Shown: piece after piece, positions 1-9,478 of the stretch | Layout: each line of letters starts with the position of its first letter | Position numbering within the stretch: position 1 is the stretch's first letter | Virus record (IMG/VR): IMGVR_UViG_3300027769_000025 | Location: 18,322 to 82,321 of that record | DNA length: 64,000 nt | Origin: a virus | Lineage: Duplodnaviria; Caudoviricetes | Strand: one strand, 5' to 3' | Notes under the pieces: model-generated | Database searches by the model: none | What the model was told of the DNA's origin: nothing | Seen by the model: the letters and a program-made list of their open reading frames with translations, nothing else | Translations under genes and position numbers: made by a program

Positions 1-213
1 GACGATATTATTAAACCAAAGATTGATCTTAGACAACAACAGACAATCAAATGTGAAAAATGCGAGTCAAAGTTCTTCAAAGAAGTAACAATGCTGAAAA
101 AAGTACCTAAATTATTAACAGGAAGTCACGAAGACACAATTGTACCATTCCCAACTTATATGTGTAATGAGTGTGGTCACGTAAACGAAGACTTTGAATT
201 ATTCATAGACTAA
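1..213 (+). CDS. Partial small zinc-ribbon protein (5' truncated by window edge)
   Basis: Open frame 1 to TAA at 211-213: ...IKCEKCESKFF...YMCNECGHVN...; two CxxC motifs. Confidence 0.7.
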   Translation, partial: DDIIKPKIDLRQQQTIKCEKCESKFFKEVTMLKKVPKLLTGSHEDTIVPFPTYMCNECGHVNEDFELFID

Positions 214-359
214 TGGAAATAGGTAAAATGACTATCAGTGAAGCAGAACCATATTTAGAAAGTATTGCAATGCTTTATGGATTAAACTTGGGTAAAGTTA
301 AACACTTTAAATTTGCAAGAATGATTTTGGCAACCCTTTATTGTAGAGAAAACGCATGA
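213..359 (+). CDS. Hypothetical protein (48 aa)
   Basis: ATG overlaps previous stop; MEIGKMTISEAEPYLE...; TGA overlaps next ATG. Confidence 0.55.
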   Translation: MEIGKMTISEAEPYLESIAMLYGLNLGKVKHFKFARMILATLYCRENA

Positions 360-598
360 CATATAAAGAATTTTATTATTGGTTAGATGGTTATTTAACT
401 AATAAACTTGAAAGTGAAAAACTTAATATTGCACCTATAATTGAAAAGATGGGTCAAGTAAAAGAGGAAAGAACTAAAAGCGATTTATTACCTTTCCAAC
501 ACATACCAATACCGATTAACCCATTCCCCGTCCAGGATGATCCCTACAGACCACCATACGAAGTATATTGCGGAGACAAAACACAATTGAATGATTAA
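356..598 (+). CDS. Hypothetical protein
   Basis: ORF track; coupled to neighbours. Confidence 0.65.
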   Translation: MTYKEFYYWLDGYLTNKLESEKLNIAPIIEKMGQVKEERTKSDLLPFQHIPIPINPFPVQDDPYRPPYEVYCGDKTQLND

Positions 599-1370
599 AA
601 AACTTATACACTTTTCAGACTTACATATCCGTCTTTTTAAAGACCACGATTTGTATAAATCAATTTTAGAAACTGCCATTGAACAATGGAAAGAGTTGAA
701 GCCAGAACGCATTGTGTTCACGGGTGATTTAGTTCATTCTAAAAACCAAATGACACCTGAACTTATTGAGATGGTTAGATGGTTATTAACAGAATGTTCT
801 TCTGTTGCTAAAACAATCATTATTCCAGGTAACCACGACTTCTTGGTTAATAACACAGAAAGATTGGATGCTCTTTCACCGATCATTAATTCACTGAATA
901 GTAAAAACATCTTTTATTACAAAGACAGAGGAGTTTATGAAGACGAAAACATCAGTTGGTGTGTGTATTCACAATATCAAGGTAATATTCCGCCTGAAAT
1001 TACAGAAGCAAAAGGTAAAAGAATTGGATTATTTCACGGACCAATTCAGGGGATGAAAACAGATCTTGGGTTTGACTTTGGTGAGGAGGCATATGACGTT
1101 GAAAAGTTCGATGGGTTAGAAACCGTGTTATGTGGAGACATTCACAAAAGACAAGAATTCAAATTTAAAACCGGTAAAGGTTATATGATTGGGAGCCCAA
1201 TCCAACAAAATATTGGTGAGAGTATTGGACGACACGGTTATGGGATCTACAATGTTGAAAGTCAAGAATATTCTTATGTGGATCTACCAAATCCAAAACC
1301 ATTTCTAAAGTTCTCCATAAAATCATTTGAAGATATTGAAAATGGAACCGAAAAACTCCAAAATATTTAG
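591..1370 (+). CDS. sbcD: SbcD/Mre11-like metallophosphoesterase nuclease subunit
   Basis: Motifs SDLH, GDLVH, GNHD, FHG, GDIH, GSPIQQ; SbcC-like gene 1.4 kb downstream. Confidence 0.85.
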   Translation: MIKKLIHFSDLHIRLFKDHDLYKSILETAIEQWKELKPERIVFTGDLVHSKNQMTPELIEMVRWLLTECSSVAKTIIIPGNHDFLVNNTERLDALSPIINSLNSKNIFYYKDRGVYEDENISWCVYSQYQGNIPPEITEAKGKRIGLFHGPIQGMKTDLGFDFGEEAYDVEKFDGLETVLCGDIHKRQEFKFKTGKGYMIGSPIQQNIGESIGRHGYGIYNVESQEYSYVDLPNPKPFLKFSIKSFEDIENGTEKLQNI

Positions 1371-2061
1371 TAAGGAAATGATGCAGGCGGTGTCTGCATT
1401 TTGTGAATCCAAAGAAATTAAGGATGTGGATAATTTCATTTACCTTTGTTTTAAACAAGGATTTGATATCAGAAAATATGGTCTTTTGGAAAAAACACTT
1501 AATGAAGGTGAAAAAGACTTAAAAACGGGTGAAGTTCAGGAAAAACGAGTGGAAATAGAGGTAATAAAAGAAATACGGGTGGAAGTTCCTGTCGAAGTTA
1601 TTAAAGAAGTTGAGGTTATTAAAGAGGTTGAAAAGATTGTTGAAATACCTATTGAGGTAATCAAGGAAGTTGAGAAAATAATCCACACCTCTGATGATAC
1701 TCAAGTAAATGAACTGTTGTCAAAAATAGAACAGTTAAACGGAGAAATTTCGATTAAAACTACCGAAATTGGCAGAATTAGAGAAGAATTTTCCATTAAA
1801 ACGGAAGAAATGGAAAATATTTTCCAAAATAAAATGTCTAAAAAGGATGAAGATTTAGACGAACTTAGACAAAAGTTAGACATTCTCGTAACAAATGATA
1901 AGACAAAAATGTTACAAGAAACACTCCAAAACTTAAGAAGTGAGTTACAACAAAAGAACGAACAAATAAGAAAATTGGAAAAAATAAACCGAGAACTTCT
2001 TAACGGTAATCAAAATCAAGCTTACCTTTTGAGGGGATCAAATTTAAATAGACGAGTATGA
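1342..2061 (+). CDS. Coiled-coil protein with (V/I)EV(I/P)KE repeats
   Basis: ORF track 1327-2061; ATG at 1342 preferred; low-complexity VEVPVEVIKEVE block. Confidence 0.7.
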   Translation: MEPKNSKIFSKEMMQAVSAFCESKEIKDVDNFIYLCFKQGFDIRKYGLLEKTLNEGEKDLKTGEVQEKRVEIEVIKEIRVEVPVEVIKEVEVIKEVEKIVEIPIEVIKEVEKIIHTSDDTQVNELLSKIEQLNGEISIKTTEIGRIREEFSIKTEEMENIFQNKMSKKDEDLDELRQKLDILVTNDKTKMLQETLQNLRSELQQKNEQIRKLEKINRELLNGNQNQAYLLRGSNLNRRV

Positions 2062-2414
2062 TAATTTTAATGTGGATGATTGCGGCCTATGGGATGACCA
2101 ATATTTTGGTTTACGGATCAATCTTCAACGGATTAAGAAATTGGATCCATAATAACGCACAACCTAATGTTGGATTGACTATTTTTAGACCAGTATTTGA
2201 ATTCATTTCAAACTTAATAAAATGTGTACTTTGCACATCAACATGGGTAGGATTCTTTTTATCGTTAACATTGTTTGCACCTTGGCATGAAATAATTGGA
2301 CTTAATAAATATATTTCTATATTTTTTGATGGAATGTTATCGGCAGGTGCCGTATGGGCGATTAATAGTGTAATCGAATGGTTTGAAGAAAATAGACCAA
2401 ATAATAATAATTAA
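2058..2414 (+). CDS. Membrane protein, DUF1360-like (CxxCxSxW)
   Basis: Several hydrophobic helices, motif KCVLCTSTWVG. Confidence 0.55.
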   Translation: MIILMWMIAAYGMTNILVYGSIFNGLRNWIHNNAQPNVGLTIFRPVFEFISNLIKCVLCTSTWVGFFLSLTLFAPWHEIIGLNKYISIFFDGMLSAGAVWAINSVIEWFEENRPNNNN

Positions 2415-2426
2415 CTAAAAGTAAAA

Positions 2427-2744
2427 ATGGGAAAAGCGGCAAAAGAACACAGAAAGAAAGTTGCAAAACGAAATGCAAAAATTAAACAAGAAAAGGCTGG
2501 CATGCAAAAAGCTTTTGATATGTTACTACAACAACAATTGGAAAAATTGAAAAATGATGAAATGACTGCAATGGTGGGAGATCAAGAAGTTAAAATGGAA
2601 TTAGTTGAAGATAAAATAGTTGACCATGCATTCAAGTTCACTCCTAATGAAGAGGAGTCTGCAAAAATCAACAAAGAATTTGAACCTGAATATGATAGTG
2701 CGGGATATACAATCAAAGATAGAGAGTTACCAACAGAAGAATAA
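2427..2744 (+). CDS. Hypothetical protein, basic N-terminus
   Basis: ORF track; MGKAAKEHRKKVAKRN. Confidence 0.65.
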   Translation: MGKAAKEHRKKVAKRNAKIKQEKAGMQKAFDMLLQQQLEKLKNDEMTAMVGDQEVKMELVEDKIVDHAFKFTPNEEESAKINKEFEPEYDSAGYTIKDRELPTEE

Positions 2745-2746
2745 AA

Positions 2747-5119
2747 ATGGATCTTTTTAATCCGCCAAAATTATTTAACTACAATATTATGATAAAAGAC
2801 TTGGACTTTTCTACGTTTGAAAACCCAATTATACAAGTTGTTTGGGAAGATTTACCAGAAAACTTCACACAGGATAAACTCAAAAGTGTAAAACATTACT
2901 TCTCAAAAAAGTATAACACAACGAATGTAAATGTGTTAACAAAGGCAAAAAACGTTGAAACCGAAACGATGCAAAGTATTGATGTTTCGGTAAATATTAA
3001 CGATGCTCAGTACCAACTTGAACTAATCACAAACTATCTAAAGTCAAAAGGGCACGAAGATAAAAGTGAGGATATATTAGCTATTAATAGAATGGTTGAG
3101 AATAGAATGTCTGGTGACGAAGAAAACCAAGCTCAATTTAAAAAGTGGTATATTCGAAACATTGAGTTCTCAAACTTTTTATCATATGGAGAAAATCAAA
3201 GATTAGACTTTGATAAGTTAAATGGGATTGTGGTGGTTGAGTCTGATCCACCAAACTTTGGGGGAAAAACGGTTCTTACCGTTGACCTCCTAATGTTTTT
3301 ATTCTTTAACGAAACAACCAAAACAACCAAAGCCGAGGAGATTTTCAACCGATTTTCAAATAAAGACAAAGTCCATGTTAAAGGTGAAATTACAATTGAT
3401 GGTGAAGATTATGTTATTATAAGAAACATTGAAAGAAAGTTATCTAAGAAAGGTGATTGGAACGTTAAAACAGAATTGGACTTCTTCAAAAAATTATCGG
3501 ACGGTACCTTATTAAATTTTACTGGTGAACAAAGAAGAGAAACAGAAGCCTTCATTAAGAATTCAATTGGAACCAAAGAGGACTTCTTAATGACAATTCT
3601 AACAACAGGATCAAATCTTGAAGAGTTGTTAGAGTCAAAACCAACGGCAAGAGGTCAGGTTTTGTCACGTTTTATGGGACTTGAGTTTTTGAAAAGAAAA
3701 GAAGAAGTTGCAAAAGAAATCTACTCCGAGTTTTCAAAACAAAAAATTTCCAACATCTATTCATCAGAGCAATTAAAGACTGATATTGAAACGTATCAAA
3801 ACTCAATTTCTGAATTACAAAATCAAATCAAGGAAAGTAAATTAAAATTGGTTGAGGCTGATGAGGCGATAACAAAAGGTAAAACATATCGTGATGATAT
3901 GTTAAAGAAAAAACACACAAACATTGATCAAGAATTGAGTTTGTTAAACCCTGAAAAAACCAAAGATGAAATTAAAGAAATTGAACGTGAGAAATCGGGA
4001 TATCTTGCAAAAATATCCGAAATCAAAGTTGTTGAACCTTCTAAATTCTATGAAGAAGACATCCACGACAAGGTTAAAGAGGAGATCGGATTACTTTATA
4101 AAGAGATCGTACAAGTTGATACAGAAATTGCGTCAATCAATAAACTAAAGTCTTCAGTTGAAGGTGGAATCAAATGTGAACATTGTGGAATTGAGTTAAT
4201 GAACGCGGCAATTACTAACGCAAAAATTGCGGAACTTGACGGATATACCCAACATAAAACTCAAAAAGATGAGTTAATGCAGGAATTAACCATCAAAGAA
4301 CAAAGTTTTGTACAACTCAAAAAAGAGTTTGATGAATATGAAAAGAACAAGTTGGTTAAAGAAAAGTATGAGATTTCGGTTGAGAGTTGTGACCTTAAAA
4401 TTGGCTCATTAAATGACAAGATCAAAAGGTGGGAGGAAATCCAAGATAAAATCCAAGAAAATCAAAAAATTGAAGCTCAGTTAATAAAGGCCGATCTAAG
4501 ATTAGATGAGTTGGAAAATCAAAGAAGAACGATTAATAATTCAATCACAACAAACGAGGGATCAATCAAATCTATTGAGGAAAAGATTGATACCAACCAA
4601 AAGAAAATTGTTACAATCAAAGAGGAAGAAGAGAAGGAAAAGATATATAAGATCTACTTGGAACTTTACGGTAAGAATGGAATATCAAAAATGATTATGA
4701 AAACAATGATGCCATTAATCAATTCTGAATTACAAAGATTGATGGAAGATTCATGTTATTTCAAATTGGAAATTCGTATTAATGACAAAAATGAGGTTGA
4801 ATTTATTATGACTGACAATGCTACTGGTGTTGAGAAATTAATGACTTCAGGATCAGGTTTTGAAAAAACAATTTCTTCTTTGGCTTTGAGATCAGTCCTT
4901 ACTAAAATTGCAAGTTTACCTAAACCAAATCTTGTTGTTCTTGATGAGGTGTTTGGAAAAATTGCCAATGACAACTTAGAGATGGTTTATGAATTCTTCA
5001 CAAAAATTAAAGATTATTTTGAAAAGATTTTTGTTATAAGTCACAACTCAATAGTGTCTACTTGGGGTGATCATGTTGTAAAAATTAAGAAGGAAAACAA
5101 TTTGTCAAAAGTTTTATAG
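2747..5119 (+). CDS. sbcC: SbcC/Rad50-like SMC ATPase with N-terminal extension
   Basis: FSNFLSYG, Walker A NFGGKT, coiled coil with zinc hook CEHC, signature SGSGFE, Walker B VLDEVFG, H-loop ISH. Confidence 0.9.
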   Translation: MDLFNPPKLFNYNIMIKDLDFSTFENPIIQVVWEDLPENFTQDKLKSVKHYFSKKYNTTNVNVLTKAKNVETETMQSIDVSVNINDAQYQLELITNYLKSKGHEDKSEDILAINRMVENRMSGDEENQAQFKKWYIRNIEFSNFLSYGENQRLDFDKLNGIVVVESDPPNFGGKTVLTVDLLMFLFFNETTKTTKAEEIFNRFSNKDKVHVKGEITIDGEDYVIIRNIERKLSKKGDWNVKTELDFFKKLSDGTLLNFTGEQRRETEAFIKNSIGTKEDFLMTILTTGSNLEELLESKPTARGQVLSRFMGLEFLKRKEEVAKEIYSEFSKQKISNIYSSEQLKTDIETYQNSISELQNQIKESKLKLVEADEAITKGKTYRDDMLKKKHTNIDQELSLLNPEKTKDEIKEIEREKSGYLAKISEIKVVEPSKFYEEDIHDKVKEEIGLLYKEIVQVDTEIASINKLKSSVEGGIKCEHCGIELMNAAITNAKIAELDGYTQHKTQKDELMQELTIKEQSFVQLKKEFDEYEKNKLVKEKYEISVESCDLKIGSLNDKIKRWEEIQDKIQENQKIEAQLIKADLRLDELENQRRTINNSITTNEGSIKSIEEKIDTNQKKIVTIKEEEEKEKIYKIYLELYGKNGISKMIMKTMMPLINSELQRLMEDSCYFKLEIRINDKNEVEFIMTDNATGVEKLMTSGSGFEKTISSLALRSVLTKIASLPKPNLVVLDEVFGKIANDNLEMVYEFFTKIKDYFEKIFVISHNSIVSTWGDHVVKIKKENNLSKVL

Positions 5120-5149
5120 GATTTTTAAAACTAATTAGAATTTTATCAG

Positions 5150-5157
5150 TATATTTG
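5150..5157 (+). promoter_or_regulatory. Bacteroidetes-type -7 promoter element TAnnTTTG
   Basis: TATATTTG upstream of ORF 5179; same motif at 21732, 24136, 34665, 36768, 39176, 40775, 45303, 47162, 48935. Confidence 0.6.
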
Positions 5158-5178
5158 TAGAACAATTAAAACACACAA

Positions 5179-5703
5179 ATGAACTACTTACTTTTTGTAT
5201 ATTATAATTCTGAGGTAGAAAACTCAGAAGAAAAAACACAAGAAATCGGAACACAACTTGCAGAACACATGACTAGTGGTCAGGTTAAATTTATGTATGG
5301 TGATCGACACGCAATATTTCATTTTGGGTGTAAAAGTGATTTCCAAGATGTATCCGATGTGGTATTCTTTATTTCCGAAGAAATACCGGGATTTGAATAC
5401 CTTTTAACAAAAAAAGGTAGAGATTACAGCTCAAACTTTGATGAAGACAACCTTGAGCACTTAATGTCGTTAAAGAACACCACACCGAAGAAACATAAAC
5501 CTGCGGCACCAAAGTTAAGGACAAACGATATTAAAGATGGAGAATCTTTTTTGGATCTATCAAAACTTATTTTAAATTTAAAAAGAAAAGAGGTTTGTAA
5601 CCTAACGTTAGATGAGTTATTGGATAAGATCGGTAACGAAGGTATCGAGTCATTGTCAGACTTAGAAAGACAAAAATTAGACGAATATTCAAAATCACTT
5701 TAA
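5179..5703 (+). CDS. Hypothetical protein with C-terminal DUF6576-like helix pair
   Basis: C-terminus LTLDELLDKIGNEGIESLSDLERQKL. Confidence 0.6.
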   Translation: MNYLLFVYYNSEVENSEEKTQEIGTQLAEHMTSGQVKFMYGDRHAIFHFGCKSDFQDVSDVVFFISEEIPGFEYLLTKKGRDYSSNFDEDNLEHLMSLKNTTPKKHKPAAPKLRTNDIKDGESFLDLSKLILNLKRKEVCNLTLDELLDKIGNEGIESLSDLERQKLDEYSKSL

Positions 5704-5712
5704 CAAACATAT

Positions 5713-6513
5713 ATGAAGGACAAAAACACAAGTGCCCCTATCAATCAGGACGAGATTTACCACTACCTTAAAGATATTAGAAAAATTAAGGTAATGACCG
5801 CAGAACGCGAACGTCATTTGGCAACACGAATGAAATCTAATGATCTCACGTTGATTGAAAAACAACAAATTGAACAAGAGTTGTTAACAGGAAATCTACG
5901 TTTTGTCATAACCGTGGCGAAACAATACCAAAATCAAGGTTTAGATTTATCGGATCTTATCGCTGAAGGTAATTTTGGTTTGATGAAAGCGATTAAGAAC
6001 TTTGATTGGAATAAAGATTTACGATTTATTTCTTACGCTGTTTGGTGGGTCAAACAATCTATCATCCAATCTTTGAACGATAATTCAAGAACAATCCGAC
6101 TACCGGTGAATGTTGTTCAGGATTTACAAAAAGCCAAAAAAGAATTGGAACAAACAGGTAAAAAACTTGATGATAAATTCCAAACCCTACCATCTATCAT
6201 AGATTTGGATATGAATATCAATGAAGACGGTGATACTCTAATTGATATGATTGAGAATAAAGATGCTGTTGCACCTGACGCTAGTTTTCACACAAAAGAC
6301 ATACTAAAAGATAAGTTAATGAGACTTTTAAATGTTTTGGATGAAAGAGAAAAAGTCATTGTTGGGGATTATTTTGGGTTGACAGGAACACCAAGAACTT
6401 TGGAAGATATTGGATCTGACTTTGGTTTAACTAAAGAACGTGTTCGTCAGATTAAAGAAAAGGCTCTTCGTAGACTTAGAAATGATTCTTCAGAGTTATT
6501 TGATTATTTATAA
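5713..6513 (+). CDS. RNA polymerase sigma70 factor (RpoD/SigA-like, no region 1.1)
   Basis: Region 2 NLRFVITVAKQY, DLIAEGNFGLMKA, RFISYAVWWVKQSI, RTIRLP; region 4 TLEDIG..GLTKERVRQIKEKALRRLR. Confidence 0.93.
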   Translation: MKDKNTSAPINQDEIYHYLKDIRKIKVMTAERERHLATRMKSNDLTLIEKQQIEQELLTGNLRFVITVAKQYQNQGLDLSDLIAEGNFGLMKAIKNFDWNKDLRFISYAVWWVKQSIIQSLNDNSRTIRLPVNVVQDLQKAKKELEQTGKKLDDKFQTLPSIIDLDMNINEDGDTLIDMIENKDAVAPDASFHTKDILKDKLMRLLNVLDEREKVIVGDYFGLTGTPRTLEDIGSDFGLTKERVRQIKEKALRRLRNDSSELFDYL

Positions 6514-6514
6514 A

Positions 6515-6612
6515 ATGGGTTGAACCGAGATTACCCATACAACTCGGCAGAAGGTGCCTGAAGTCACCAAGGTGAAACTCCTCAATTCTATCTATACGGT
6601 AGAATGAAACTA
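6515..6612 (+). ncRNA. Candidate structured RNA (pseudoknot plus hairpins) in sigma-factor 3' region
   Basis: ATGGGT/ACCCAT and CCGAG/CTCGG interleaved pairings, GGCA/TGCC, TCACC/GGTGA, ATTCTA/TAGAAT stems; GC-richer than flanks; no ORF. Confidence 0.4.
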
Positions 6613-6616
6613 CACT

Positions 6617-6642
6617 CCCCCACTGGTACCGGTGGGGGTTTT
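6617..6642 (+). terminator. Rho-independent terminator
   Basis: CCCCCAC(TGG)...(CCG)GTGGGGG followed by TTTT. Confidence 0.8.
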
Positions 6643-6686
6643 ATTGTTTTATAGGGTTTATAATTATCAATCATTTGATTATTTTG

Positions 6687-6694
6687 ATATTTAT
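6687..6694 (+). promoter_or_regulatory. Putative phage late promoter motif (A/G)TATTTAT
   Basis: Recurs just upstream of ORFs at 10913, 17455, 19615, 21471, 22038, 28209, 33673, 34209, 35496, 37867 and on the minus strand at ~16536, 27900, 28146, 34215, 59918. Confidence 0.6.
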
Positions 6695-6711
6695 CAAATA
6701 AAACAAATTAA

Positions 6712-7947
6712 ATGAATAAAAAATTTTTACCCTGGTTTTTATTGTTTTGTGCTTTAGGATTGTCAGGGACTGCAGCTTATTATAGTGTTATAGGTTTATC
6801 AATAATTTTCTCAGCTGTTGCTATTCCTGTTATTATAATGGGATCGTTTTTAGAAATATCTAAACTTGCAATTGCAACCTATCTACACGATAAATGGAAA
6901 GAAACTTACGGAGTTTTGAAGACCTATCTTACAATGGCTCTTGTAGTTCTTTCAATTCTAACTTCTGTTGGTATTTACGGGTTACTTTCAACAGGATTCC
7001 AAAAAAATATTGCGGGTCTTGAAATTAACAATAAAGTAATTGAAAATATTGAAGTTAAAAAAACTCGATTCGAAGAAATCAAAACTGACTATCAAAAAGA
7101 AAAAGGTGTGTTAGATAAAGATATCACCAATTTAAGAAACGCGCTATCAACCAACACAACTACCCAATCAATAGATAGAACGACAGGACAAGTCGTTACA
7201 AGAGCAAATGGAGGTAATAGAAAGGCTTTTGAAACTCAGTTAAAAGTGGCTCAAGAGAATAGAGATGGAATATCAAAGAAAATTGAATCTCTTAATGATA
7301 GTATTACACGTTTAGATTTAGAAATATTAGATCTGGCTTCTACAGAAATTGAATCAGGTGAGTTAGGTGCAATCAAGTATTTAAGTGAGATTACAGGGTG
7401 GGATGTAAAAAAGACTGCTAACTTTTTCATTCTAACTTTAATATTCGTGTTTGATCCGTTGGCAATTGCTTTGGTTATTTCTACAAACCAAGCGTTTAAA
7501 ATTTATAGAAGAAAAGAAGAGGAAGAGGATAAGACTGAAGATGAATATCCTTTTTATGATGAGGTAGAAATACCTGAAAGTTATTTTGCAAATCATACCC
7601 CCCAAGTCACCCCCCAAGTCACCCCCCAAGTCACCCCCCAAGTCGAACCTGAAATTGTTGAAAGAATTGTTGAAGTTCCTGTTGAAATTATTAAGGAAGT
7701 TGAAAAAATTGTTGAGGTTCCGGTGGAAGTTGTAAGAGAGGTTCCTGTTGATAGATTAGTTGAGGTTGTAAGAGAGGTTCCTGTTGAAGTGGTAAAAGAA
7801 ATTGAGGTTCCTGTTGAAGTCCCTTTCAAATATTATGTAAACGATAATGGTCAAATATTTGATGATCAGGGAAATGAAGTGGAGGAAAGGTTATTCAATA
7901 AAAAGTTAGAGGAGATTGAGAAGAGGGTTTTAAAATATCAAAAATAA
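6712..7947 (+). CDS. Membrane protein with coiled coil and TPQV / VEVP repeats
   Basis: Three N-terminal TM helices, coiled coil, TM IFVFDPLAIALV, repeats near C-terminus. Confidence 0.75.
   Translation: MNKKFLPWFLLFCALGLSGTAAYYSVIGLSIIFSAVAIPVIIMGSFLEISKLAIATYLHDKWKETYGVLKTYLTMALVVLSILTSVGIYGLLSTGFQKNIAGLEINNKVIENIEVKKTRFEEIKTDYQKEKGVLDKDITNLRNALSTNTTTQSIDRTTGQVVTRANGGNRKAFETQLKVAQENRDGISKKIESLNDSITRLDLEILDLASTEIESGELGAIKYLSEITGWDVKKTANFFILTLIFVFDPLAIALVISTNQAFKIYRRKEEEEDKTEDEYPFYDEVEIPESYFANHTPQVTPQVTPQVTPQVEPEIVERIVEVPVEIIKEVEKIVEVPVEVVREVPVDRLVEVVREVPVEVVKEIEVPVEVPFKYYVNDNGQIFDDQGNEVEERLFNKKLEEIEKRVLKYQK
7597..7644 (+). repeat. Perfect tandem repeat (ACCCCCCAAGTC)x4 encoding TPQV
   Basis: Read directly from sequence. 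Confidence 0.95.
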
Positions 7948-7950
7948 TAT

Positions 7951-8544
7951 ATGGAAATAATTGAAAATTTAATCCAAACAAACTTTAAAAAAGAAGACAA
8001 AAAAAATCAAATAGTTCTTTGTCACACATCAAGAACACTTTTTGATTATATGGTCTCAATAAAATTTAGATTTGGTGGAAAACCTATCAGATTACCTCAT
8101 TACATTATTAGTAGAGACGGTAGGATTTTGCAGTTATTAGATGAAGAATTAAATGGTTATTTTACTAATAATGATCGAATAAATTCCAAATCAATTGTGG
8201 TTTGTTTGGAAAACTTAGGATGGTTAGAAAAAGAACCTTTAAAACACCATCACATTAATTGGATTGGTAATATTTATAAAGAGAAAGTTTTTGATCGTAA
8301 GTGGAGAGATTATTTTTTTTGGCACCCATACACCGACATACAAGTTGAAAAAACTGCAGAGTTGTGTTTAGAGTTGACAAAAAAACATAAAATTGAAAAA
8401 AACTTTATTGGACATAACACTAAGGTAAAAGGTGTTGAGTCTTTTATTGGAATCATTACGAGATCAAACTTCGATGAATTTGCTACGGACTTAAGTCCAG
8501 CATTTGATTTTGAAAAATTTAATAAATTATTGAATGATGAGTAA
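7951..8544 (+). CDS. N-acetylmuramoyl-L-alanine amidase-like (Amidase_2 fold, divergent)
   Basis: IVLCHT, PHYIISRDGRILQL, NSKSIVVCLEN, YTDIQ, D-x-SPAFDF. Confidence 0.65.
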   Translation: MEIIENLIQTNFKKEDKKNQIVLCHTSRTLFDYMVSIKFRFGGKPIRLPHYIISRDGRILQLLDEELNGYFTNNDRINSKSIVVCLENLGWLEKEPLKHHHINWIGNIYKEKVFDRKWRDYFFWHPYTDIQVEKTAELCLELTKKHKIEKNFIGHNTKVKGVESFIGIITRSNFDEFATDLSPAFDFEKFNKLLNDE

Positions 8545-9127
8545 TTACGATGAAATAAAAAATTTGATTAGAGCGTCAAGAAATGCTTTTAACACAAATT
8601 TAAATGAAGATGCCCAACGTATTAAAAAACAGTATGGGTTATTAACAGAACAACCAGTTGAAAAAGAAGAAGAGGTTGTTAAAGATGAAAATCAAACGTT
8701 CCAAAAGGAAAAAAAAGATTCTGATGAAATTGGAACTCAAAGAGACAAGCAAAAAGCTTTTAGAATATTGGCTAACATTATCGTTCTTCATGGTAAAACA
8801 AAGGCAGATCTACAATTAACCACAGATGAAAAAAACGCATTTACTTCAAGTGTCGATGAGTTTAGAACTGATGTTGCAGAATTGGTTGAATTTGGTAGAC
8901 TTAATGTTTTCCCAAGTAATGTTGAATGGTCAGGTAAAATTTTAGAAAATGATATTGAATTTTTCTATACAATCAACGAACCAAATGGTATCTACATTAA
9001 TGGTCAAATGATTAAAATCGATCAAGATTATTTGGAAACAATTAATAAGTTACAAGCTTATTATGAGAAATTTAAAAATAAATGGAGCAAAATTGTCGCA
9101 ACAAGACAAGAAGATGTTGAAAAATGA
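8534..9127 (+). CDS. Hypothetical protein
   Basis: ORF track. Confidence 0.7.
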   Translation: MMSNYDEIKNLIRASRNAFNTNLNEDAQRIKKQYGLLTEQPVEKEEEVVKDENQTFQKEKKDSDEIGTQRDKQKAFRILANIIVLHGKTKADLQLTTDEKNAFTSSVDEFRTDVAELVEFGRLNVFPSNVEWSGKILENDIEFFYTINEPNGIYINGQMIKIDQDYLETINKLQAYYEKFKNKWSKIVATRQEDVEK

Positions 9128-9477
9128 AAGAGTTCTTAATTAAAAATTGGAAAAATATTATTCTTGGTCTACTAGGAATAATTTTTATATATCTATTAGT
9201 TAGAGTTTTTACACCAACTCCAGATATGTCAGAACTTAACAAATATAAGTTAGAACAAATAGACAAACATATAAATGAGATGAAGGAACTTCAGAAAAAC
9301 TTAAGTGACTCAATTCAGGTTTATCAACATAAAATTGACGAGATCGATGATAAAATTTCACACATTAAAGTTGAGAAAAAAGAGGTGAATAATTTTTACA
9401 CCCAAAAAAAAGAAGAAATAAAAAATGCAGACAAGAAACAAATCGATAGTCTGCTAAGAAGTAGATATAATTTTTAA
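9124..9477 (+). CDS. N-terminal TM + coiled-coil protein
   Basis: Hydrophobic IILGLLGIIFIYLLV then heptads. Confidence 0.65.
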   Translation: MKEFLIKNWKNIILGLLGIIFIYLLVRVFTPTPDMSELNKYKLEQIDKHINEMKELQKNLSDSIQVYQHKIDEIDDKISHIKVEKKEVNNFYTQKKEEIKNADKKQIDSLLRSRYNF

Positions 9478-9478
9478 C

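Noticed and set aside
6556-6580. Canonical hammerhead ribozyme
   Set aside because: CTGAAGT is not CUGAnGA, and stems I and III could not be assembled convincingly.
7597-7644. TPQV and ASTTPA (19238-19339) tandem repeats as CRISPR or regulatory arrays
   Set aside because: Spacerless in-frame tandem repeats encoding low-complexity linkers.
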